Assembly: GCF_963921235.1 (NCBI RefSeq)
Contig: NC_086097.1
Location: 17,050,001-17,114,000, forward strand
Direction of reading: 5' to 3'
Length of the DNA stretch: 64,000 bases
DNA from: Mobula hypostoma
Lineage: Eukaryota
Below, piece by piece: positions 11,800 through 25,670 of this stretch (position 1 is the first letter of the stretch; each line of letters begins with the position of its first letter). The notes below the pieces were generated by a model that was given only the letters and a program-made list of their open reading frames with translations, was not told the origin of the DNA and made no database searches. Position numbers and translations under genes: made by a program.

Positions 11800-12770
11800 T
11801 ATGGTGACATATAGGGAACCCAGCTTGAAAGAGGTCCAAGAAACAGTTAGGAGCAGCTAGGACAAGTTCAGCACCTGGACCAAGTGGAGTCCCATACAAG
11901 GTATACGAGTCGTGTCCCAAACGTCTGTACAGACTGAGGAGGATCCTCAGGGTGATTTGGAGGAGGGGGAGAGTGGCCCACCAATGGAGATTCACAGATG
12001 GTGTCTGGATTCCCAAGGAGAAGAACTCCAAGAACATCAAACAATTTTGAGTCATCTTACTGCTCAGCATTCAGGGGAAGATTTTTTTCAGTGTCGTTGC
12101 CCAACGCCTAATGGAGTACCTCCTGAAGAATCATTACACTGACACCTCAGTGCCAAACGGCAGGATAGTGCGGGTCCTAGGGTGCTTCGAGCATGCAGGA
12201 GTGATCACTCCGTTGATCAGAGAAGCATGGAAAGGCAAGAGAGATCTGTCCATGACCTGGCTGGGCTTCACAAACATGGATGGTTCCATGCCACATGAAC
12301 TGGTTGAAATCGCCCCCAGGCGCCACCATGTTCCAATTAGGACCAGGAAACTCATTCTGGACTACGACAGTAATTTCAGTCTAAGAGTCACCTTTGGGAC
12401 AGTCACATCTGATTGACATTGTCTTGAGAAGGAGATTGTAGCAGGTTGTGATCATCTTCTCCTTGGTAATGAACATGTCGGCCAGGTCAACAGAAGTAGA
12501 GTGCTGAGGACCTTTGTCCAGGTCTGGAGTCAGACAACCACCGAAAAGAGCATTCATAGTTGACCTGACTGTAGCAATGTCAGTGCCAGGATGCAGATGA
12601 AATCCTCCAGGGTCTGGAGAAGCTCACAGCTTGGGCAAGGATGAACTTCAGTCCTAAGAAATCCAGATCTTTAGTAGAGAGGAAAGGTGGTTGACAAATT
12701 CCGCTTTAACCTGGGAGGCGCCTATTTTCCAAGCCTATTGGAGAAGCCAGTGGAATCAGACAGCTCTGGA
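11800..12770 (+). mobile_element. RT remnant of an R2-group (HERO-like) non-LTR retrotransposon
   Basis: Across frameshifts it translates to SSAPGPSGVPYKVY..CP..L.RILRVIWRRG..QWRFTDGVWIPKEKNSKNIKQF..GKIFFSVVAQRLMEYLLKNHY..GCFEHAGVI..LIREA..DL..WL..GSMPHELV. Clade assigned from recalled HERO motifs. Confidence 0.7.
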
Positions 12771-13002
12771 AATTCAGCCAAGCACTTCAGCTGCAAATCG
12801 TGCTTGATTTTCAAGGGCATGTAATTCTGTGAGTCCAGAATTCATGTCTCCACTACTGCCTTCAAATTTTCCTCAAAGAAAATTTTTGTACTAAGTAAAT
12901 ATTATCATTAAAAAAAAACTACTCTCTTCACGTTTGGACTTGTAAGCCCTTCTTCCATCCTCTGACTTGATTAAAAAGTGATGGGCCAGATAGGCTTCTC
13001 GT

Positions 13003-13210
13003 GCAGCATGCACAAAGTGCTGGAGAAACTCAGAGAGTCAGGCAGCATTCACAGAGAGGAGTAAACAGTCGACAATTCATCAGAACTGGAACTTGACCTG
13101 AAACGTTGACTATTTATTCTTCTGTATGGACACTGCCTGACTTTCTGAGTTCTTCAACCCTTTTTTGCTTGTTGCTCATGATTTCCATCATCTGCAAAGT
13201 CTCTTGCGTT
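13003..13210. mobile_element. Penelope-derived foldback miniature element
   Basis: AAAGTGCTGGAGAAACTCAG... followed by its reverse complement ...CTGAGTTCTTCA, then ATTTCCATCATCTGCA. Confidence 0.7.
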
Positions 13211-13729
13211 TAAGATTGGGTTCCCTGTTAACATGCATTCCATCAATGGGCGAGGCATGTTCAGAATACCAGCTCCTACAAATTTGGTTTCCCAGTCCAC
13301 CGTCTGCACCATTCTGCAATGCACTTGGGCAAAGGGTCTTTAGGAACTTAACATTTGATTCTTTGCTTTACTCCAACAATACTTTAAGGTCAAGTGTAGC
13401 CCTAATTCATTTGAATGGCATCAACACCCTTAATGGACAGCAAGGTGTGTTTATTACACTTAAATTAATCTTCATGTTTAAAATTAAATTACATAAGTTG
13501 AATGTAATTCTTAAAAAGATTTTTTTCTTAATATTCTCTCCCTTTTCTATAAGTCTCTGGACATTTAATAACAGTAGAAAGGCCTGTTTGAAGGCTGTTA
13601 GGGGGGGATCCCTGGGCAAGGCCTTAGTTTCTGCTGCCTGTAGCCTACTTTGTCCCACACAAAAGTGGTAACAACAAGACTGGAAGGATGGTGGGAAGAA
13701 AATGGATGCCAAAGGCCAAATCCACCTTT

Positions 13730-14100
13730 TGTTTGTTCATTATTTGCCACGTCATATGATGTGGGCGATCATGGTCTTTCCATGACCATGTTTGTTCTTG
13801 GCAAATTTTCTATTGAAGTGGTTTGCCATTGCCTTCTTTTGGGCAGCGTCTTAACAAGATGGGTGACCCCAGCCATTATAAATACTATTCAGAGATTTTC
13901 AGCCTGGCGTCAGTGGTCGCATAACCAGGATATGCACCAGCTGCTCATACGATCAACCACCACCTGCTCTCATGGCTTCATGTGGTCCTGACTGAGGGGC
14001 TAAGCAGATGCTACACCTTGCCCAAGAATGACCTGCAGACTAGTGGAAGGAGGAGAGCCTTACACCTCCTTTGGTAGAGATGTATCTCCACTTTACCATC
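13730..14100 (-). mobile_element. RTE-related non-autonomous repeat, family A (copy 1)
   Basis: Clearly homologous to 22175-22520. Minus strand has GAAGGCAATGGCAAACCACTTC, resembling a Bov-A/RTE motif. Confidence 0.65.
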
Positions 14101-14465
14101 CAAAGATCCACCAGAGGCATCCCAAAAGAAAGAAACCAAAATGTGATAGGAAAGATGTTATTAACATGGAAAGAACACAGAAATTACTTCCAGGGATGTT
14201 GTTAGGATATGACCAACTGAGCTATAAGGAGATGTGGGAAGTGCTGGAGTTTTTATTCCTCAGAGCGTTGGAGACGGAGAGGTGATCTTAGAGAGTTGTA
14301 TAAAATCATGAGGGGTGAATATACTCAGTCTTTTCCCCAAGGCTGGCTAATCAAGAACTGAAAGTTGCAGGTATAAGGTAAGAGGAGAAAGATTTAATAG
14401 GAATGTGAGGTTTTTTCAAACATATAGAGGGTGGTTCATATATGGAATCAGCTGCCAGAAGAAAT
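14100..14465 (+). mobile_element. Old CR1 3' fragment
   Basis: RKDVINMERTQK..LPGM motif; ATATGGAATCAGCTGCCAG. Confidence 0.7.
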
Positions 14466-14965
14466 GGTTCAAAGTTCAAAGTAAATTTGTTATCAAGGTA
14501 TGTATATGTTACCATATACTACGCTGAGATAAATTTTCTTGCAGGCATTTACAGGAATGAAAGGAATAGAGTAGAATTTTTATGAAAATTCTATATATAA
14601 GCAGACACAACTGACGAACAACCAATGTGCAAATAGAGGCAAACCGTGAAAGTAAAAATAATGCTGAATACCTGAGTTGTAAAGAGTCCTGTAGTTCATA
14701 GAATCAATTCAGAGTAGTGAGTGAAGTTATCCACATCGCTTCAGGAGCCTGATGGCTGCAGGGTAACAACTGTTCCTGAACCTGGGTGCTAAGGCTCCTG
14801 CATCTCTTGACCGATGGTAGTATTGAGAGGAGAGCAAGGTCTTTGATGATGGATTTTGTCTTGTACAGTGCATCCAAAGAAGTTCGTCAAAGATTTTGGT
14901 GGTATGCTGGATCTATGCAAACTTCTAAGAAAGTAGAGGCACTGTTGTGCCTTCTTTATAAAGTA
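14466..14965 (-). mobile_element. Rex1/Babar-type LINE 3' fragment
   Basis: (TTCAAAG)n tail on plus; CTGTTCCTGAACCTGG matches the antisense 3' ORF seen in other Rex copies here. Confidence 0.65.
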
Positions 14966-15029
14966 TTTTAAAGGCAGAGGGGATGGAGTATCTTTATGAT
15001 TAACTCATTGTGCTGTACAAATGTGGCAG

Positions 15030-17722
15030 TTCTGTCTCAGTACTGCTCACCCAACCTGGAACATCCAGGGTTAAATGTCGTGCATTTTATCTGCTGAGGG
15101 AGTTTTCTGCCATCATTCTGGTAGCAGCGTACAACCCATCTCAAGCGGGCATCAGGCAGGCACTGGAAGAGCTGATCAACGTAATCTGCAGCCACAAATC
15201 AGCGTACACTGATGCATTCCCTATCATTTTAACCAGACCAGCTCTGAGCAACTACCACCAACATATCACCTGTGGAACCAGAGGAGCCAACCAACTTGAC
15301 CACAGTTAAACCAGCATCAAGAACTCTTACCGCGCTGATCCATGCCCACACTTTTAAGGTCGATCACCTGCCTGTGTTTCTACTCCTGGCACATAGGCAG
15401 AGACTAAAGACCCCAGCGCCAGCGGTGAGGATCAATAGGGTATGGTCAAGGGAGGCAGAGGAGCATTTACAGGACTGCTTTGAGTTGGTGGACTGGACAA
15501 TATTCAGGGATTCATTTCTGAATCGGAATGAATATGTCATATTTGTCGCTGACTTCATCAAGACCCACATGAGTGAGTGTGTGTCTTTGAGAACACATGG
15601 GACTCTGAGACAGTGATCACAGCATTACCAAATGCTGCAGGGATTCACACAAGAGTAGTTTTAACCAAATCAAAAGCTGTGGATGAACCAGGAGATCCTC
15701 AATCTGCTGAGGACTAGATCTGTGTCATTCAAGACCAGTAATCCAGGTACAACCTACAGAAGGCTATTTCAAGGGCAAAAAAAAAAACAACTTTAATTGA
15801 GCTCAGAGACAGAAATGGATGCAAGTCAGATCTGGCAGGGTTTACAGGTCATTACTTCCCACAAATTGAATCCTAATACCATGAATGTCTGTGATGCTTC
15901 ACTCCTAGATTAACTCAGCTTTCTAGATTAGGAAGGGGAGAATAAAACTATACCTGTGCGAATCCTTGCGGCATTTAGTAACCCTGTGATTTCCATCCTG
16001 AAGCTGACATTTGAACATGTTTCAAAAGTGTGAACCCTTGCAAGCTGTCAGACCCTGATGGTGTACATGGTGGGGCTCTTAAAACCTGTGCCAATCAACT
16101 GGTGGGAACGTTTAAAGAGGAGTTTTCAATCTCTCACTGCTGCATTCGGAGGTTCCTACCTGCTTCAAAAGGGTGACAATCATACCAGCGCCCAATAAAA
16201 GCAGGGTGAGCTGACTCAATGACCATCACCCAGTGGCTCTCACATCTACTGTGATGAAGTGCTTTGAGAGGTCATGGCTAGAACCAGCTCCTGCCTCAGC
16301 AGCTCTGCTGCAAATTGCCAATTGCCACAACAAGTCTACAGCAGATGAAATCTCTCCACTCCACCTGGGATCATCTGGACAATAGTAATATCTACGTCAG
16401 GCTGTTTATTGACTACAGCTTAGCATTCAATAAAAGCATACCCTCAATGCTAATCAGCAAGTTCCAAAGTTTGACCCTCTGTATCTCCTTCTGCAACTGG
16501 ATTCTTGACTCACCAAGAGACCACAGTCTGCCTGGATTGGAAATAACAACTCCTCCTCACTGACAACCAATATCCACGCATCTCTGGGGTGTGTGCTTAG
16601 CCCACTGCTCTATTCTCTCTACACCCACTGTTGTGTAGCTAGGCACAGCTTAAATGCTATCCATAAATTTGCCAATGGCATCACTGTTGTTGGCAGAATT
16701 TCAGATGGTGACGAGAAGGCGTACAGGAGCCAGATAGATCAGCTTGCTAAGTGGTGTCACAGCAACAACCTTGCACTCCACGTCAGTAAAACCAAGGGAT
16801 TAATTACGGCAACACACATCAAATGCTGGAGGAACTTAGCAAGCCAGGCAGCATCTATGGGAAGGAGTAAACAAGGAACGTTTTGGGCCCGGATGAAGGA
16901 TCTTGGCCTGAAACGCTGACTATACTTTTTTCCATAGATGCTGCCTGGCCTGCTGAGTTCCTCCAGCATTTTATGTGCATCTCCAGCATCTGCAAATTTT
17001 CTCTTGCTTGTACCCTTGTTTGATTGTGGACTTTTGGAAGCGGAAGTCAAGGGAACACCCACCGGCGATCGCCAAGGGATCAGATGTGGAAAGGGTGAGC
17101 AGATTCAAGTTCATGGGTATCAACATCTCTGAGGTTTAATCCTGGGTCCAACATATTGATGCAATTACAAAGAAGGCACGATAGCGGCTTTATTTCATTA
17201 CGACTTTGAGCAGAATTGCTAGGTCACCAAGGACACGCACAAATTTCTACATATGTACTGTGGAGAGCGTTCTAACTGATTGCATCACATTTTGGTATGG
17301 AGGGGCCACGGCACAGGATCAGAAAAAGCTGCAGAAAGTTGTAAACTCAGCCAGCTCCCTTATGGGTACTAACTTCCCCAGCAAAGCCTCAAAAAGCACC
17401 CATTATTAAGGATCCCCATTCCTAAGACATGCCCTTTTCTCATTGCTATTATTAAGGAGGAGGTACGGGAGATTAAAGACACACACTCACCATTTCAGGA
17501 TCAGCTTCTTCCCCTCTGTATCAGATTTCTGACTAGAAAGTGAACAAATGAACACTACCTCAGTATTTTTTTCTCTCCTGTCACACAACTTATTTAATTT
17601 AACTTTTATAAATTCTTATTGTAAGTTATAGTTTTATTATTATGTGTTGCAATGTACTGCTACCCACAAACCAACAAATTTCACAACATATGCCAGTGAC
17701 ATTAAACTTAATTTTGATTCTG
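15030..17722 (+). mobile_element. Long degenerate Rex1/Babar LINE (APE, RT, 3'UTR)
   Basis: KCRAFYLLREFSAIILVAAY, CGTRGANQLDH, LQDCFELVDW, YVRLFIDYSLAFN, LSPLLYSLYTH, FY.CTVESVLTDCITFWYG; (TTCTGA)-type tail. Confidence 0.9.
16808..17010. mobile_element. Penelope-derived foldback miniature inserted in the Rex1 RT
   Basis: AAATGCTGGAGGAACTTAGCAAGCCAGGCAGCATCTATGG and CCATAGATGCTGCCTGGCCTGCTGAGTTCCTCCAGCATTT are inverted arms around a degenerate GATGA..GAAAC core. Confidence 0.85.
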
Positions 17723-17850
17723 AACATACAACATAGAACAGTATAGCACAGAAACATGTTGTGTTGAACCAAATAAATTGGGAATCAAATGGCCATCTGG
17801 ACTTGTGCCTACACAATGTCCATATCCCTCCATCCATGTGTGTATCTAAA

Positions 17851-20800
17851 CCATAAGATCATAAGATATAGGAGCAGAATTAGACCACTTGGCCCATTGA
17901 GTCTGCTCTGTCATTTCATCATGGCTGATCCACTTCCCACTCAGCCCAAATCCCCTGGCTTCTCTCCGTATCCCTTTATGCCCTGAAAATCACGCATCTA
18001 TCAAGGCTTCACAGCTGCCTGTGGCAATAAGTTCCACAGATTCTCCACTCTACGACTAAAGAAATTTCTCCTCATCTCCACTCTAAAAGGTCGCCATTCC
18101 ATTCTAAGGCTGTGGTCTTAGACTCTCTTACCATAGGAAACATCTTCTCCACATTGACTCTTTCAAGGCCTTTCTCCATTCCATAGGTTTCAATGAGGCC
18201 ACTACTCATTCTTTTCCAATGAGTACAGACTCAGAGTCATCAAATGCTCTTCATATGACAAGCCATTCAATCCTGGAATCATTTTCTTGAAACTCCTATG
18301 AATCCTCTCCAGTTTCAGCACATCCTTTCTATGATAACAGGCCCAAAACTGCTCACAAAACTCCAAGTGAGACTTCATAAAGTCTCAACATTACATCCTT
18401 GCTTTTAAATTCTAGTCCTCTCGAAGTGAATGCTGACTTTGCATTTGCCCTCCTCACCACTGACCAAACATGCAAATTAACTTTCAGAAATCTTGCACAA
18501 GAACTCCCAAGTCCCTTTGCACTTTTGATTTTTGATTTGTTTTCTCTATTTAGAAAATAGTCAACCCTTTCATTTCTTCTACCAAAGTGCATGACTATAC
18601 AATTCCTGACACTGTATTCCATCTGCCATTTCTTTGCCCATTTTCCTAGTCTGTCAATGTCCTTCTGTAACCTTTGCTTCCTCAAAACTACCTGCTCCTT
18701 CACCTATCCTTGTATCATCCACAAACTTGGCAACAAAACCATCAACTCCTTCATCCAAATCATTGACATATAACGTAAAAAGAAGCTGTCCTAATAGCTA
18801 CGCTTGTGGAACATCACTAGTCATTGGCAGTCAACCAGAAAATGCTCCCTTTATTCCTACTCTTTGCTTCCTGCCAATCAGCCAATGGTCTATCCATGCT
18901 CGTATCTTTCCTGAAATGCTAATGTTTTTCCTGAAATGAGGCTTGTTAAGCAGCCTCTTGTGTGGCACCTAGTCAAAGGCCTTCTGAAAATCCAAGTACA
19001 CAATATCCATCGATTCTCCTTTGTCTATTCTGCTTGTTATTTTAAAAAATAATTCCAACAGATTTGTCAGGCAAGTTTTTCCCTTAAGGAAACCATGCTG
19101 AGTTGGCTATTTTATCATGTGCCTTCAAATACCCTGAGACCATGTCCTTAACAATTGACTCCCATATCTTCCCAACCAATGAGGTCAGACTAACTGGCCT
19201 ATACTTTCCTATATTCTGCCTCCTTCTCCTCTCAAAGAGTGGAGTGCCATTTTCAATTTTCCAGTCCTCAGCAACCATGCTAGAATCTAATGATTCTTGA
19301 TAGATCATTACTAATGCCTTCACAATCTCTTCAGCCACCTTTTTCTGAACCCTAGGGTGTAGACCATCTGCTCCAGGTGACTTATCTACTTTCAGACCTT
19401 TCAGATTCCCAAACACCTTCTCTGTAGTAATGGCAACTTCATTCATTTCTTCCCCCTGACACTCTCAAACTTCCGATATATTGCTTGTGTCTTCCATAGT
19501 GAAGATTGGTGCAAAATACTTATTCAGTTCATCTGCCAATTCCTTGTCCCATATTACTACCTCTCCAGCATTGTTTTCCAGTAGTCTGCTATCAACTCTC
19601 TCCTTTGTTTTGCACTTTATATATCTGAAGAAACTTTTGGTATCCTCTGTATTATTTTGTACTTTGTATTCCATCTTTTCCTTTTTTATGACTTTTTGGT
19701 TGCTTCTATTTGTGTTTAAAAGCTTCCCAATCCTCTAACTCCCGCACTAATTTTTGCTCTATTATATGCCCTTTTCTTTGGCTGTTTTGTTGGCTTTGAC
19801 ATCCCTTGCAGCCACAGTGGCTTCATCTTGCCGTAGAAGACTTCTTCTTTTGGATGTACCTTCCGAGTTGCTCCCAGAAACTCCATCCATTGCTGCTCCA
19901 TCATCATCCATGCTAGTGTTCCCTTCCCATTAATTTTAGCCAGCTCCTCTTTCATGCCTCTGTAATTCCCCCTACTCCACGTTAATACTGTTGATACATT
20001 TGGTTTTAGTTTTTCTCTCTCAAATCACAAAGTGAATTCCATCATATTATGATCACTCACTCCTAAGGGTTCCTTTACCTTAAGCTCCATAATCAAATCC
20101 TGTTGATTGCGCAATACTCAATCCAGAATAACTGATCCCCTTCTCGGCTCTACCATGAGCTTCGCTAAAAAAGCCATCTCATAGGCACTCTTGGGATCCA
20201 GCACTAACCTGAATTTCCCAAACCTCCCTGCATACTGAAATCCCCCATGACTATTGTAACATTGGCCTTTTGACATGCATTTTCTACCTGAAACCCCTTT
20301 TTACCAGGCATCTATAGAGATGCGGCTCCTTAGTCCCTTGCTAACAGCCACCAGAGTCAGTGGCGAGAGAACCACCTTTCTCAGACTTCATACATCTGGG
20401 GTCGATATGGCTTGTGTCCTACCAAACCTGGGAAGTTGGGAAGCCTTGCCCACTCGAAACCCAATCTGTGTGAATACTGGGTAACTACTGCTCCCATGCA
20501 ATCACCTGTTGGCAAGAAATAACAGAACATACACTGCATACAATTATAAAGAAAGTATATTTATGAATGTTAACTTAACCAAACAGTTATTAGAGAAGAA
20601 AAAAGGGGGCCCATCATAACTAAGACAGTCAAATGTGCACAAGGTTGAAGCTTAAATCTTCCAAAAGCTGATGTATCTAATGTGTTGCTTCCACAGAAAA
20701 CCATTAAATGAAATACCTTACAACATTAGCAGTAGAATTTTAACCACAGCATTACATACCTCCCTTTGCCATTTGTAGCCCATTTTTTTTACTACTGTTT

Positions 20801-20900
20801 GGAGACATTATATACTGTAACTCCTATCAAGGTCTTTTTACCCTTGAGGTTTCTTAGCCCTACCCACAACAATTCTATACCTTCCGATCCTATGCCCCTT
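17851..20900 (-). mobile_element. CR1 LINE ORF2 (APE to 3' end), split by a solo LTR
   Basis: Minus ORFs LQKDIDRLGKWAKKWQMEYSV, LKVDKSPGADGLHPRV, YRPVSLTS; (CATAAGAT)n tail; homology resumes after 20756. Confidence 0.9.
20289..20756. mobile_element. Solo LTR (468 bp) with 4-bp TSD TACC
   Basis: TG at 20289, CA at 20755-56; TACC at 20285-88 and 20757-60; interrupts CR1. Confidence 0.8.
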
Positions 20901-20904
20901 AAAA

Positions 20905-22160
20905 GTCCCTAATCTCTCTGCCTCAACCTCAACCCCAGGCAGCACATTGCAGGTGCCCACAAATCTCTGTAAAAAACCCTCAGATCTCCTTTAAAATTAT
21001 GTTCTCTCACATCAAATGCATTTGCTTCTAGTACCCTGTGAAAAAGGCACTGTCTGCTACTCATAATCTGATAGACCTCTATCAGATCTTCCCTCAGCCT
21101 CTGGTGCTCTAGAGAACACAACCCAAGTTTGTCCAATCTCTTATTATAGCAAACGCCCTCTGATCCAGGCAGCATCCTGGTAAACCTCTTCTGCACCCTC
21201 TCCAAAGCCTTGATATCCTTCCTATAATGGGTGACTTGACTAGAGTTTTAGAAAGCTGCACCATAACTTACTGACTTTTGAACTCAGTGCGTGGACTAAT
21301 AAAGGAACGCATGCCGTAAGCCTTCTTAACCACCCTATCGACCTGTGTAGTCACGTTTAGGGAGATCTGAACTGGGACTCCAAGATCCCTCTGCTCATCA
21401 ACACTTTTAAGGATCTTTCCCTTAACAGTATATTGTCCCTTTTCATTTGACCCTACCAGGGTGCAATGCTTCACATTTGTCTCTCTTTGCAACTGATCTA
21501 TATCCTGCCGTATTACTTGCCAGTCACCGACGCTATTCACAAAACCACCAATCTTCATATCATCTGCAAACTTACTAATGCACCCATCTACATTTCCATC
21601 CAGTCATTTATTTACTTCACAAACAGTACAGATCCCTGTGGAACGCCACTAATCACAGACTTCCAGCTAGAATAAGTCCCTTTGACCACCATCGTCTGCC
21701 TTCTATGGCAAGCCAGTTCTGAGTCCAAACGGCAAATTCACCACTGATCCCATGTATCTTAATCTTCTGTATGAGCCTCCCATTAGGGACCTTGTCAAAT
21801 ACCTTTCTAAAATCCATGTAGACAACATCTACAACTCTACCTTCATTAATTACCCTTGTTACCTTGTCAAAAACTCAATAAAGTTAGTAAGACACAACAT
21901 ATCCTGCACAAATCATGCTGTTTTTTCCTAATTAGGTCATAGTTTTCCAAAAGCTCATAAATCCTATGCCTAAGAATTCTTTCCAGTAACTTCCCTACCG
22001 CAGAAATGAGACTCCCCAGTCTATGGTTTCCAGGATTATCCCTGGTTTCCTTCTTGAATAATGGAACAATATTAACTACTTGGCTGTTCTCTGGGCCCTG
22101 GGCTCTGGCTAAAGATGGCACAAAGATATCAGCCAATGCCCCAGCAATCTCTTTTCTCTC
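20905..22160 (-). mobile_element. CR1 LINE RT fragment
   Basis: Minus ORFs MERVQKRFTRMLPG, VDEQRDLGV, NIVPLFKK. Confidence 0.88.
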
Positions 22161-22174
22161 AGTAAACAGGCTTC

Positions 22175-22520
22175 ATTTGTTCGTAATGAGCCATGTCATA
22201 TGACGTAAGCGTCATGGTCTCTCCATAACCATTACTGTTCTTAGCAAATGTTGCCTTCTTCTGGGCAGTGTCTGTACAAGTCTGATCACCCCAGCCATTA
22301 TCAATACTCTTCAGAGATTGTCTGCCTGGCGTCAGTTGACGCATAACCAGGACATGTGATGTGCAGCAGCTGCTCATACAACCATCCATCGCCTGCTCTC
22401 ATGGCTTCATGTGACTCTGACTGGGGTGCTACATCTTGCCCAAGGGTGACCTGCAGGCTAGTGGAGGGAAGCAGTGCCTTACACCTCCTTTGGTAGAGAT
22501 ATATCTCCATCCCACCTCCT
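22175..22520 (-). mobile_element. RTE-related non-autonomous repeat, family A (copy 2)
   Basis: Homologous to 13730-14100 (shared CCTTACACCTCCTTTGGTAGAGAT, GCCTGGCGTCAGT). Confidence 0.7.
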
Positions 22521-22524
22521 GAAA

Positions 22525-25092
22525 CCTGGGTTATAAGTGTCAAAGGTAAAAAAAAAACCAGTATGGGAATCATATATAGGCTTCCAAATAGTAGCCAAGA
22601 TGTGGGGTTGAGATTGCAAAGGGAGCAGGGGAGGGTATGTAATAAGGGTAATGTCACAATTGTAATAGGGAACTTCAATATGCAAGAGGATTGGGAAAAT
22701 CAGGTTGGTGTCAGATCGCATGAGAGGGAATTCGTTGAATGCCTACCAGATAGTTTTTTAGAGCAGCTTGAATCTACAAGGGGAAAGGCTATCTTATTAG
22801 TCAGCTTAACATAAAGGAACCCTTCGGAGGCAGTGATCATAATATGATTCAATTCGTACTGCAACTTGAGAGGGAGAAGCATAAGTCAGATGTATCAGTA
22901 TCCCAATGGAATAAAGGGAATTACAGAGGCATGAGAAAGGAACTTGCCCAGGTGGACTGGAGGGGGATGCTGGCAGGGTTGATGGCTAAGCAGAGGTGGC
23001 TGGAGTTTCTGGGAATAGTTCACAAGGTGCGGGACAAATATGTCCCACAGAAGATGTTCTCAAATGGCAGGTCTAGGCAACCGTGGCTGACAAGTGAAGT
23101 TAAAGGACTGCATAAAAGCCAAGGAAAGGACAGATAAAGTAGCAAAAGTGAGTGGGAAGTTGGATGATTGGAAAGCTTTTAAAATCCAACTAAAAAATTT
23201 ATAAGAAGGGAAAAGAAGAAATATGAGAGCAAACTAGCGGATAATATAAAGCAGGATACTAAAAGATTTTTCAGCTATAGAAAGAATAAAAGGGAAGTGA
23301 GAATTAATATTGGACCACTGGAAAATGATGCTGGTAAGGTAGCAATGGAGGACGAAGAAATGGCAGAGGAACGTAATAAGTACTTTGCTTCCGACTTTAC
23401 CGTGGAAGTCACCAGCTGTACGCCAGAGATCCGTGCGTGACAGCGAGCAGGAGTGAGTGTTTTTGCTATTACACAGGAAAAAGTGCTAGGCAAACTCAAA
23501 GGTCTTAAGGTGGATAAGTCACCTAGTCCAGATGGACTATATCCCAGAGTCCTGAAAGAGATTGCTGAATTGATAACGGATGCATTGATCATGATCTTTC
23601 AAGAATCACTTGATTCTGGCATGGTCCTGGAGGACTGGAAAATTTGCAAATGTCACTCCACTCTTTAAGGAGGAAGGAAGGTATAAGAAAAGAAATTATA
23701 GGCCAATTAGCCTAACCTCAGTGGTTGGGAAAGCGTTGGAGTGCATTTTTAAGGATGAGGTTTTGGGGTACTTGGAGACTAATGATAAAATAAATCAAAG
23801 TCAGCATGGCTTCTGCAAAAGGAAATCTTGCCTGACAAATCTGTTAGAATCTTTCAAGAAAGTAGCAAGGAGGGTGGACAAAGGAGAGGCAGTGGATGTC
23901 ATTTCCCTAGATTTTCAGAAGACATTTGATAAGGTGCCTCACATGAATCTGCTTAACAATATAAAATCCTATGGCATTACAGGAACGATCTTGGCATGGA
24001 TAGCGGAATGGTTGACAGGCAGGAGGCAGTGATTGGGAATAAAGGGAGCCTTTTCTGGTTGGCTGCCAGTGACTAGTGGTGTTCCTCAGGGGTCAGTATT
24101 GGGACTGCTACTTTTCACATTGTTTTTCATTGATTTGGATAATGAAATTGATGGCTTTATGGCAAAGTTTGCGGATGATACGGAGATAGGTGGAGGGGCA
24201 GGTCGTGTTGAGGAAGCAATGCAATTGCAGCAGGACTTAGAAAAATTGGAAGAATGAGCAAAAAAGTGGCAGATGTAATACAGTGTTGGGAAGTGTATGA
24301 TAATGCATTTTGGTGAAAGGAACAATAGTGCAGACTATTAGCTAAATGGCGAGGAGGTTCAAACGTCGAGGGTGCAGAGGGATTTATGAGTCCTCGTGCA
24401 AGACACCCAGAAAGTTAATTCACAGGTTGAGTCTGTGGTAAAGAAGGCAATGCAATGTTGGTATTTATTTGAAGGGGAATAGAATATAAAAGCAAGGAAA
24501 TGATGCTGAAGCTTTATAAGACACTATTCAGGTCGCACTTGAAGTACTGTCAACAGTTTTGGGCCCCTTATCTCAGAAAGAAAGTATTATCATTGGAGAG
24601 AGTTCAGAGGAAGTTCACAAGGATGATTCCAGGAATGAAGGTGTTAACATATGAAGAGTGTTTGGCAGCTTTGGGCCTGTACTCACTGGAATTTAGAAGA
24701 ATGTATGAGGATCTCATTTAAACCAAACGAATCTTGAAAGGATTAAATAAGGTGGATGTGGAGAAGATGTTTCCTCTGGTGGGGATATCCAGAACTAGAG
24801 GGCACAGCCTCAAAATTGAGGGGTGACCTTTTAGAACAGGAATTTTTTTTTAGCCAAAGAGTGGAGAATCTGTGGAGTGCTCTGCCACAGACTGTGGAAG
24901 AGGCCTAGTCCATGGGTGTATTCAAAGTGGAAGTTTATATGTTCCTGACTGGATGGGGCTTCAAATGATATGGTGAGGGGGCAGGTGTATGGGGTTGAAT
25001 GGGATCCGCGAACAGCCATGGTGAAATGGTGGAGCAGAGTCGATGGGCTGAATGGCCTAATTCTGCTCCTACGTCTTATGGTCATATTATGG
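22525..25092 (+). mobile_element. 5'-truncated CR1 LINE (APE, RT, 3' tail)
   Basis: MGIIYRLPNS, IGNFN, GSDHNMI, DKSPSPDGLYPRVLKE, YRPISLTS, LDFQKTFDKVPH, SGVPQGSVLG, KFADDT, HLKYCQQFWAP; TCTTATGG tail. Confidence 0.93.
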
Positions 25093-25489
25093 TGACACTT
25101 ATGTGTTGGTTCCAGGGCAGACAGTCAAATATGTTAATACCAAGAAATTTAAAGCTGCTGACCCTCTCCATCTCTGTTCCCCTTATGAGGACTAGCTCAT
25201 GGATTTCCGGCTTTTATAATAACACCTTTTAAATACTCTTGGACAGGCAGATGGATTGTAAAGGTTTGGAAGGTTATGGTCCAAACACTGGCAAATGGAT
25301 GAACATCTTGGATGGGATAGGCCAAAATGTAAGAAAACAAGTCCTTCAGCCATCAAGTCTGTGCTGATAAAGAGGCATATATTTTTACAACAATTCTACC
25401 CTAATCTACTTTATTCTCTCCATATTCCCATTAACCCTCTCAAAAACAGGAGAGACAATTTGCATTAATCAATCCCCCAAAGATTACTC

Positions 25490-25670
25490 ACTAGGGACAA
25501 TTTACAGTAACCAATCATCAACCTATCAACATGACCTTTGTTGGGATAAGTAGCCGGATGAATCCCACGTGGCCGCAGGGGGAACAGGGATACCTCACTC
25601 AAGCAGCACCCAAGATCAGGACTGATCCCTTCCCTCTGGAACTGTGAGAAAGCAGCTCTGCCAGCTACAT
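25490..25670 (-). mobile_element. V-domain (HE1-like) SINE fragment
   Basis: GGGACAATTTACAGTAACCAAT...ATCCCACGTGG; antisense to the 44.8 kb copy. Confidence 0.55.
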
